Below are positions 49,987 through 56,495 of a DNA stretch of 64,000 nucleotides, in pieces. The notes beneath the pieces were generated by a model. That model was given only the letters and a program-made list of their open reading frames with translations, was not told the DNA's origin and ran no database searches. Both the position numbers and the translations under genes were made by a program. The stretch is from IMG/VR virus record IMGVR_UViG_3300035565_000042, positions 1 to 64,000 of that record, one strand, 5' to 3'. Every line of letters begins with the position of its first letter. The stretch's first letter is position 1. Source of the stretch: a virus.

Positions 49987-50187
49987 TTAGTTGTTTTCTG
50001 TAAGCAGAAGATCTGCAGCCTTCAGAAATGTTTCATCTGAATATTCTTTATCACCAGTACGGTCAAGAAGCTCAAATACCTGATTATTTTTCTTCAGTGC
50101 ATCTTCAAAGATATGATCAGATAATGATTCTCTGTCTTTAAAGTTTTCTAATAGCCATTTGTGGTAAGCGGTCAGATTTGTTTTCAT
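49987..50187 (-). CDS. Hypothetical protein, 66 aa
   Basis: ORF in the operon. Confidence 0.5.
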   Translation of the reverse strand: MKTNLTAYHKWLLENFKDRESLSDHIFEDALKKNNQVFELLDRTGDKEYSDETFLKAADLLLTENN

Positions 50188-50593
50188 AAAGATATGTTTT
50201 TACTTTTTTCCAATAATCCTTTGTCTTTGGGCCAGAACCATTCCATTTCCTGGCTATTGTCTCCATATCATTCGGCCCTATCTCATTAGCGTAATATAGA
50301 AACACTTTCTCCGCTTTATGATAATCTCTCATCTCCCAGAGAGTATATCGTATGCCTGTTCGTTTGTAGTAGTCGTTGAGGCGAACCTGTCTTATTTGAA
50401 AATAACCGAATGCATATTCATTCCAGTTTATCTTCAGAGTATCAAGATTCGTTTCAACTTTACCAATCGCATATATGATTTTCTTATATGGATCTATTGC
50501 CTTTGCTTTCTCAATATATAGCGTGGTATATCCTGGTGCAAACAGGATCTTGGCTAACATTAGAAAAGCAATGATTAATAGTGCTTGTTTCAT
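50138..50593 (-). CDS. Lysozyme-fold/lytic transglycosylase-like protein with an N-terminal signal or anchor
   Basis: Hydrophobic N-terminus; AIGKVET (candidate catalytic Glu), AFGYFQI, IARKWNG.G, Y W KV. Confidence 0.7.
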   Translation of the reverse strand: MKQALLIIAFLMLAKILFAPGYTTLYIEKAKAIDPYKKIIYAIGKVETNLDTLKINWNEYAFGYFQIRQVRLNDYYKRTGIRYTLWEMRDYHKAEKVFLYYANEIGPNDMETIARKWNGSGPKTKDYWKKVKTYLYENKSDRLPQMAIRKL

Positions 50594-50741
50594 TCTTTCT
50601 CTTTTTGGTTTATACTCAAAATTTCAAAGATGAAATGACTGTAGATATGATAATTTTCGTGAATTGATTTCCTATCATTTGACAGGGCATATATGTGAAT
50701 ATGTTTCACACAAAGAACTGTATACGGAACAACAAAGATAC

Positions 50742-50780
50742 AAAAAAAATGATCCCCCGGTACTAATGACCAGGGAATCA
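50742..50780 (-). terminator. Intrinsic terminator after paralogue A
   Basis: Minus strand TGATTCCCTGGT-CATTAGT-ACCGGGGGATCA followed by a T run. Confidence 0.8.
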
Positions 50781-50808
50781 CTCTTTCATCATTTCACTTG
50801 TTTGGTGA

Positions 50809-51381
50809 TTAGCCGTCGATATCTGATGTCTCAACAACTGCAACTGCAGCTTTCTTGAACTGGGATATCCTCAGCTGATCCTTGCCTTCATAGGGCTCAT
50901 TGGTGACGTTCACAATGAATTCCTTCTTCTCGGCAATGATTGCATCCAGATCTTCGATACCGGAACCTTCTGCCATTCCCAGTGCAGCAAACAGCTGGTC
51001 CATGATGCCTTCGCATACGGCTGTGTTTGCAGGATCAGGAATTCTGTTCAGTTCCTTGGATTTCGGGTTGACAGCGCAGGCATAGCCTGATACGTCTGTG
51101 AACTTTCCGCTTTCGATCTCTGCAGCTGAGAGCTTGCTGAATGGTACATAACCTTCCAGGTTGAGCCTGTGGGTTAATCCACCTTTACCTTCAGTGCTGA
51201 CAACTGTTATTGCAAGCTGTTCGCAAGGGTTGGTGTAGTCCGGAAGAGTCTCTTTGAGGGTTCCGTCATAGTTGTGAAACGAATCAGTCGGCCTGAATGA
51301 TACGAGCCTGACTTTGTTGGCACCGGTAGGCAGTTTTGCGAATACCGGGGTCTTGCTCTTGTAAGAAGCGATTTTTGTCAT
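50809..51381 (-). CDS. Paralogue A: 190-aa DUF669-like/OB-fold putative ssDNA-binding protein
   Basis: LPTG.NKVRLV start, VNVTNEPYEGK.Q.RI..F end, acidic tail; about 70% identical to 53402..53974. Confidence 0.5.
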   Translation of the reverse strand: MTKIASYKSKTPVFAKLPTGANKVRLVSFRPTDSFHNYDGTLKETLPDYTNPCEQLAITVVSTEGKGGLTHRLNLEGYVPFSKLSAAEIESGKFTDVSGYACAVNPKSKELNRIPDPANTAVCEGIMDQLFAALGMAEGSGIEDLDAIIAEKKEFIVNVTNEPYEGKDQLRISQFKKAAVAVVETSDIDG

Positions 51382-51447
51382 TTTCTTTCTTTTTGGTTAG
51401 ACAATTTGAAAATACTCATGATAAAATAATTTACTGGCACATATATC

Positions 51448-51505
51448 AAAAAAGACGCGGGGGGATCATTGAGAAGGTTAACTCAATAATCGACAACCCG
51501 CGTCT
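51448..51505 (-). terminator. Long-hairpin intrinsic terminator
   Basis: AGACGCGGG...CCCGCGTCT stem with inner ATTGAG/CTCAAT; T6 follows on the minus strand. Confidence 0.8.
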
Positions 51506-51794
51506 AAAATAAGTCATTGTCTCTGGTCCTCAGGAACGTCTTTCTGGCATTGTTCAGATACCACATCGGACGTGACCTGTCTCACCATTGTGCATAACAC
51601 TTCCTCTGCATTGAATTTATGTACCGTTAACGTTAACGGAACTGCCGTTAAATCTTTATCGGTTGACCGTGTCTTGGTCTATTCCGGTATTTCACCGGTG
51701 TGAAAGTCTAAACAGGCAATTAAACCTGAAATTATGCGACAATAACTCATCGGTTAATTAACCAATAATCGGGAATAAAATAATTTCTTTGCTA

Positions 51795-51956
51795 TTACTT
51801 TCCTCTCTTTTTATGAGGAAACCTGGCACGCATGTTATTTTCTCTTTTACTCTCCTGAGCTGTCATATACTCATGAAGGTCTTTAGCGCCAGATGGCGTG
51901 AATATATGTCTGCTTTTCAGAAAAGCAAACGTATCCTTGTTACTGAGCTTTGCCAT
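51795..51956 (-). CDS. Small basic protein, 53 aa (MAKLSNKDTF...), not in the ORF track
   Basis: Translated by hand; starts 4 nt after the upstream stop. Confidence 0.55.
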   Translation of the reverse strand: MAKLSNKDTFAFLKSRHIFTPSGAKDLHEYMTAQESKRENNMRARFPHKKRGK

Positions 51957-51960
51957 GATA

Positions 51961-52302
51961 TTATTTGTCTTTTATTAAAAGTTTACAAACTGGTGAATTC
52001 ACATACCCTGTCCTCACATACCTGACAGGATCCGATATTATCCCTGCCTCAACAAGTACTGCCAGCATCCCTTCATTCTCACTGTAGTCCTTGATGATTA
52101 CTTCATCATCTGTCATCATCTCTGCCGGCAGGTTTATAGTTGCCACAGCTATATCCTCCATTCCCGGATATGCTATATAGTCATCCTCCCGTATGGTATT
52201 GGCATTTACCAGGACTATTGCCTTCCTTCCATTGCCATACTCCCTGAGCTGTACATTACACAGCCACTGCCTGAACTGTACCTTCTTCCCTGTTTCCACC
52301 AT
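51961..52302 (-). CDS. DUF4313-like protein
   Basis: YGNGR.AI.L...ATINL...KDYSENEG....LVEAGI...TGYV. Confidence 0.6.
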   Translation of the reverse strand: MVETGKKVQFRQWLCNVQLREYGNGRKAIVLVNANTIREDDYIAYPGMEDIAVATINLPAEMMTDDEVIIKDYSENEGMLAVLVEAGIISDPVRYVRTGYVNSPVCKLLIKDK

Positions 52303-52305
52303 GAC

Positions 52306-52431
52306 TCAGACCCTCGCATGTTTGTTACTGTTCCTTACATACTTCACTACTGTTATAACAAAGTATGCCACTATCAGTACTGCAGAAGTGATCTCAATCA
52401 CTCCCCCTGCATTGCAAGCTATTGTTTCCAT
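52306..52431 (-). CDS. Small single-TM protein, 41 aa (METIACNAGG...), not in the ORF track
   Basis: Translated by hand; has the GTCTAACCAAA leader and an upstream TATCTTTG element. Confidence 0.6.
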   Translation of the reverse strand: METIACNAGGVIEITSAVLIVAYFVITVVKYVRNSNKHARV

Positions 52432-52481
52432 CTTTTTCTTCTCTTTGGTTAGACTTTATTATTACTCTATTCATCAATTAA

Positions 52482-52497
52482 CAAAGATAAAATAATT
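52482..52497 (-). promoter_or_regulatory. Bacteroidota-type -7 promoter element (AATTATTT-TATCTTTG)
   Basis: Perfect TAnnTTTG about 50 nt upstream of an ORF start. Confidence 0.7.
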
Positions 52498-52513
52498 ACT
52501 CTGATATCCTCCC

Positions 52514-52674
52514 AGTTATCTACTCATAGAGTTATCTACTCCATCCACCTGAGTCATCTACTCGATAAAAAAGGGTTCTCTCTGCACTCTTTCCTTATAT
52601 TGTATATAATATATATAATCTTTAAAGAATAATATATATAATATTATAAAAAGAAAAGAAAGATAAAGAATATA
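52514..52674. other. Candidate replication origin: 3 x AGT(T/C)ATCTACTC followed by an AT-rich tract
   Basis: Repeats at 52514, 52530 and 52552; nearly pure A/T at 52595-52674 with ATAATATATATAAT twice; non-coding. Confidence 0.55.
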
Positions 52675-52921
52675 CCTAACCTTCCTTCAATCTTTATATC
52701 CCCTTTCAGTAATATTCCATCAATATCCAATCAGTATGTCCCTCAATGACTCCCTTATTACCTCATATACTATCCATTGTTATCCTTTACTATCAGTAGT
52801 CATCCATAGTCACCCATACCAATCAATCCCCAATACCCCCTCTATCGAACTACTGTCATGGCCACGGGCTTGTTAACATTGAATGTTTATAACAATGGAA
52901 TAGTAATATGTGATGAATGAT

Positions 52922-52929
52922 TATCTTTG
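52922..52929 (+). promoter_or_regulatory. Bacteroidota-type -7 element pointing into non-coding DNA
   Basis: TATCTTTG with no obvious + strand gene downstream. Confidence 0.4.
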
Positions 52930-53231
52930 TAGTCACTCAGATTCATTCTACGAATCATTTCTAACGTATCTGTCCCTGGTAGGAAGTGGCATGCAAGGCA
53001 AGGCTTATGGAATACCAGGGACTCTTCATTTCATCCCACAGCTATTCTCAGAGGGTTTCAGGGCATTTTGATATGAGAGTGGTATGTAGAGATGTCTGTA
53101 TGGTTATCGTGTCTTAAACACCCTCCGTTAACGTACACGATTTAACGGAACATTAACGGTAAAACTATCATTTGACAGGGTAAATACCATTTGACGGGCA
53201 GGCAACGCTATCATATGACAGGGTGAATATT

Positions 53232-53327
53232 AAAAAAAGAGAGATCATCCAGGGATACGGAATACTTCTTACCGTACCAGCTATCTTTCGCACCCATTCT
53301 CATAGGTAGATAGACTAATGATCTCTC
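53232..53327 (-). ncRNA. Candidate three-way-junction RNA ending in a U-tail
   Basis: 10-bp outer stem GAGAGATCAT/ATGATCTCTC enclosing TACGG/CCGTA and CTATCT/AGATAG; T7 follows on the minus strand. Confidence 0.45.
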
Positions 53328-53347
53328 AAAAATATAATAACTGTATT

Positions 53348-53380
53348 AAAAAAAGAAAGAGGCTTTATTACCTCTCTCTT
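53348..53380 (-). terminator. Intrinsic terminator after paralogue B
   Basis: Minus strand AAGAGAGAGGT-AATAAA-GCCTCTTTCTT followed by a T run. Confidence 0.75.
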
Positions 53381-53401
53381 AAACTGATTACCCTTCGGCG
53401 A

Positions 53402-53974
53402 TTAGCTATCGATGTCTGAAGTCTCGGCTTTCTTGACTGCGACCTTGCCAAACCTCGAGATACGAAGCTGATCACGTCCCTCGAATGGTTCATTGGTCAC
53501 ATTGACCGTGAAAGCTTTCTTTTCAGCGATGGCATTGTCGAGTGCCTCGATGCCACTGCCCTCAGGCATTCCGAGTGCTGAAAAGAACTGGTCGAGAATA
53601 CCCTCGCAAACCTCGGTGTTCTTGTTATCGATGAGCCTGACCAGCTTGTTGGTTTTGCTGTTGAGCATGCAGGCATAGCCATTGACGTCGATGTACTCAC
53701 CGGACTCAATCTGCTTTGCAGACAGTTTTGAGAACGGAACATAACCCTCGAGATTCAGCCTGTGTGTCAGACCGCCGTTGCCGGCAACACTGACGACTGT
53801 GATAGCGAGTTGTTCGCATGGGTTCTCAAACTCCGGAAGGTTTTCTTTCACCGTGCCGTCGTAGTTGTGAAAGCTGTCTGTGTCCTTGTAGGAAACAAGA
53901 CGAACTTCATTCTGACCGAGTGGAAGTTTCATGAAGACCGGAGTCTTCGACTTGTAAGAACTGATTTTTGACAT
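53402..53974 (-). CDS. Paralogue B: 190-aa DUF669-like/OB-fold putative ssDNA-binding protein
   Basis: Gapless alignment with 50809..51381; visibly more GC/CpG-rich codons than its neighbours. Confidence 0.5.
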   Translation of the reverse strand: MSKISSYKSKTPVFMKLPLGQNEVRLVSYKDTDSFHNYDGTVKENLPEFENPCEQLAITVVSVAGNGGLTHRLNLEGYVPFSKLSAKQIESGEYIDVNGYACMLNSKTNKLVRLIDNKNTEVCEGILDQFFSALGMPEGSGIEALDNAIAEKKAFTVNVTNEPFEGRDQLRISRFGKVAVKKAETSDIDS

Positions 53975-54055
53975 TGTGTCAGCCCTCCTAAGGCTGTGTT
54001 TTTGGTTAGTACTAAAGAAAAAATGTCAAGTACAAAATAACTTCTGTACAATATC

Positions 54056-54098
54056 AAAAAATAAGTTGAGAAGGGTTCGATACCCTTTCTCAACTTAT
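54056..54098 (-). terminator. Intrinsic terminator with a 15-bp stem
   Basis: ATAAGTTGAGAAGGG-TTCGATA-CCCTTTCTCAACTTAT (one bulge); T run on the minus strand. Confidence 0.75.
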
Positions 54099-54106
54099 AA
54101 TTCATC

Positions 54107-54319
54107 TCATGATGTCTTATCATTCATCATCGATACCAGGCATAGTCTTCCCTTTGCATACTGGCTGTCATTCCTGTGCTCTCTTAGCCACCATTGGCAA
54201 AGACGTTTGGGCTTATCATACATCTCAACTACATTCTCGCTGTATGTACCATAAACCCAAACTACCTTGTAGTTGCTGTTAACAACTACTTGGCTCTTGA
54301 TCTTCCCAGTGGAAACCAT
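54107..54319 (-). CDS. Hypothetical protein, 70 aa
   Basis: ORF ending just before a terminator. Confidence 0.45.
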   Translation of the reverse strand: MVSTGKIKSQVVVNSNYKVVWVYGTYSENVVEMYDKPKRLCQWWLREHRNDSQYAKGRLCLVSMMNDKTS

Positions 54320-54477
54320 AATGAGTGAAGATCAGAGATGTGCTTGTCTATTCTCTCTTCTACCATCTTCTTGTCTTCGTAGTTGCGAAGAATCTTAACG
54401 GTAGCAACGATGTCCTTGCGTTGCGCTCTGCGCTTGGCAATAGGACTGTGAACTGCATAAATGTGTGTCATAATCAT
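54286..54477 (-). CDS. Hypothetical protein, 63 aa (first gene of the minus-strand block)
   Basis: TAACCAA leader; basic, helical. Confidence 0.45.
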   Translation of the reverse strand: MIMTHIYAVHSPIAKRRAQRKDIVATVKILRNYEDKKMVEERIDKHISDLHSLWFPLGRSRAK

Positions 54478-54723
54478 GATTATTATTGGTTAACAGAGAT
54501 ATAATAACTTTCATCCTGTAAGCATTCTTTTTTGGGGCCCCCTTTTGGCAATCAAACACGCCCCCCTGGTCGGTTTCTGTCATAACCACATCAAAAATGC
54601 CAATATTAGGTCAGGGATGCGTTTTTACACAAAAAAAATAATAGGGATGTTAATAAGTAGTTATCTACTTGTGATTGCGGAGTGGATAACTTGTAATATA
54701 TTCGCGAGAAGAAAAGGAAGACA

Positions 54724-55110
54724 ATGGAAGAGAAGGAAAGGAAGTTTGTATATCCAGCAGTAAGGATCAATCAGGTATGGTTGGACAGGGACCACATGAT
54801 ACTAAGAATGGAGACATGGTTAAGGAAGAAAGAGAGAGGGTTCTTGGGTATTTGGAAAGGGAAGTGGTATCTTCAGAGGTTTTGGAGTGAGTATATCATA
54901 ACTGATGGTACAGATGGGATAATAGCAAGTATGAGTCAGTTTCATGCTACGGTATATAAGTCTGTCATATGTGGGAGAGTTGACAGGAAGATAGTATTCC
55001 CGGGGATTGATGGTCCGGCAAGGAGATTGTTTGAAGATGATCCGGAGCAGATAGATGAGAGGGAAAGGATTGGTGATGGTTTAAGCGGGAGGAAACATGG
55101 CAACAAATAA
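54724..55110 (+). CDS. Hypothetical protein, 128 aa
   Basis: First gene of the + block; upstream TATATTCG element. Confidence 0.6.
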   Translation: MEEKERKFVYPAVRINQVWLDRDHMILRMETWLRKKERGFLGIWKGKWYLQRFWSEYIITDGTDGIIASMSQFHATVYKSVICGRVDRKIVFPGIDGPARRLFEDDPEQIDERERIGDGLSGRKHGNK

Positions 55111-55351
55111 GTATCATTTGACGGTATATATTAGGCCTGACATACAGAAGAAGTTGAGGTACCTGTGGTTACTGAGCAGGAAGGATGGTCTGGGGAATGG
55201 TGTTGTAGGTAGGAAGAAACTCAAGTTTGGTGAGTTTATTGAGACGGTGATGGAGGAATACCTGGCGAAGAGAAAGGGGATACTGGACAAGTTGCTTAGT
55301 GTGGAGCATGAGGTACTGAGTAGGGAAGAGGAAACTACAAAAGTAGAATAA
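55097..55351 (+). CDS. Putative ribbon-helix-helix DNA-binding protein
   Basis: YHLTVYIRPDIQKKL...FGEFIETVMEEYL strand-helix-helix pattern. Confidence 0.5.
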   Translation: MATNKYHLTVYIRPDIQKKLRYLWLLSRKDGLGNGVVGRKKLKFGEFIETVMEEYLAKRKGILDKLLSVEHEVLSREEETTKVE

Positions 55352-55398
55352 AAATTATTTTACTTTCGTGGATATTAAAACTGAAAAAAGATTTGTTT

Positions 55399-55758
55399 AT
55401 GGGAATAGATAATCAACAGATGGGAAGTAAGAAGGCAGAGTTATATTATGTAAAGACCAGGGGGATCAGGTATACCGAGCAGGAAGCATCAGATCATGGC
55501 ATCAAGAGAGTGTACAACTACACCAGCGAACTTGAGTTCATGAATGATGAAGACATAGATGGCTGGGTAAAGGGATTGTATGATCCGCGGCATAGTGAAG
55601 CTGTACTGGTAGAGAGCGCCATAAAGACGATCAATGGAGTTCCCTTGTACATTATGACCTGTATAGTATTCATGTCCATTGAGGGATGTAATCTGTATTA
55701 TCTGAGATACCAGAGTGATTTCAAGGAGAACAAGGGATTTGCACATTTACTGAACTAA
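55399..55758 (+). CDS. Hypothetical protein
   Basis: ORF downstream of the AATTATTT-TACTTTCG element at 55353-55368. Confidence 0.6.
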   Translation: MGIDNQQMGSKKAELYYVKTRGIRYTEQEASDHGIKRVYNYTSELEFMNDEDIDGWVKGLYDPRHSEAVLVESAIKTINGVPLYIMTCIVFMSIEGCNLYYLRYQSDFKENKGFAHLLN

Positions 55759-55787
55759 TTTTTTATATAAACTTAACAATTGTAGTT

Positions 55788-56081
55788 ATGAGTGAAGAGA
55801 AGGAAATTGCACCAAGTAAACCGATATTATTGGAACTGGACTCTATTCGTAAGGATCTGTACGAACTTTCAGATTGCAGATCATCTTTGGAACAGATACT
55901 TGATCGTTTGCAATCGAATGATAATTTAAACAATCAGTTAAAAGAGGTACCTGACACTGCTAAAGAGAAGGACTGGGATCAGATGTCTATAAACGAGAAA
56001 GTAACATCTCTCAGAAAAATTTCATCCATACTCTCTCATAAGTTTGGTGAGCTTCACCAGCGGATAGATAGCGCGATTTGA
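55788..56081 (+). CDS. Coiled-coil hypothetical protein, 97 aa
   Basis: Heptad pattern. Confidence 0.6.
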   Translation: MSEEKEIAPSKPILLELDSIRKDLYELSDCRSSLEQILDRLQSNDNLNNQLKEVPDTAKEKDWDQMSINEKVTSLRKISSILSHKFGELHQRIDSAI

Positions 56082-56116
56082 TCAGTAGCAAGAAAATTAT
56101 TATTCTTTCGGGATAT

Positions 56117-56240
56117 ATCGAATTTGATAAAGCATACTGTTTTTGGTTAGACAGCAGTCAGGGGCCCGGCACTAAGGTAGCGAAGTGAGACATTGGTTGA
56201 CGACAACATATTAAAGTCCGGGCCACTGACATATTTTTTG
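56117..56240 (+). ncRNA. Candidate trans-acting small RNA
   Basis: ORF-free gap; upstream imperfect promoter-like motif (56095-56110); seed TTTTTGGTTAGACA; long stem GTCAGGGGCCCGG...CCGGGCCACTGAC (56157-56230) with two inner hairpins; T6 tail. Ends are approximate. Confidence 0.55.
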
Positions 56241-56266
56241 ATTACAAGAAAAAAAGTTTAACTTTG
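56237..56266 (+). promoter_or_regulatory. Canonical Bacteroidota sigma-70 promoter
   Basis: TTTG-N18-TAACTTTG upstream of the ORF at 56306. Confidence 0.75.
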
Positions 56267-56305
56267 ATCCTCGATTGATCGATCGTTAAACTAAACTTAA
56301 GCGTC

Positions 56306-56482
56306 ATGACAAAGAAAAAAGATCCAGGCGAACTAAAGAGGAAACCGAAAGGTTCAGTAGTTCCGGTGCCAAAGAAAGAAACCAGTGCTTCTAAAACAAA
56401 GAAAGTTTCAGTATCAGCACCTAATCCTGATGGTATCCTTACGCCAAAGAACAAGGCTCATGTACATACCTTGAGTGAGTAG
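56306..56482 (+). CDS. Small Lys/Pro-rich basic protein, 58 aa (MTKKKDPGEL...), not in the ORF track
   Basis: Translated by hand; has its own promoter and terminator. Confidence 0.65.
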   Translation: MTKKKDPGELKRKPKGSVVPVPKKETSASKTKKVSVSAPNPDGILTPKNKAHVHTLSE

Positions 56483-56495
56483 CAATGCGTTGAAC

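Larger units (their letters stand above)
50672..53223. repeat. Dispersed 16-bp motif CTATCATTTGACAGGG
   Basis: Exact copies at 50672-50687 and 53165-53180; 15/16 copy at 53208-53223; partial copy at 53185-53199. All are intergenic. Confidence 0.85.

Noticed and set aside
51514-51750. TAG read-through ORF (MSYCRII...*TKTRSTD...)
   Set aside because: No other sign of recoding or a suppressor tRNA, and the product has no recognisable features; ncRNA is the better explanation.
51730-51760. Hammerhead ribozyme (CCGATGAG on the minus strand)
   Set aside because: The core should be CTGANGA with a correctly placed GAAA; neither fits.
54061-54098. tRNA (GGTTCGATACC T-arm-like sequence)
   Set aside because: No D or anticodon arm; it is a single hairpin with a minus-strand T tail, best explained as a terminator. 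No tRNA genes were recognised anywhere in the window.
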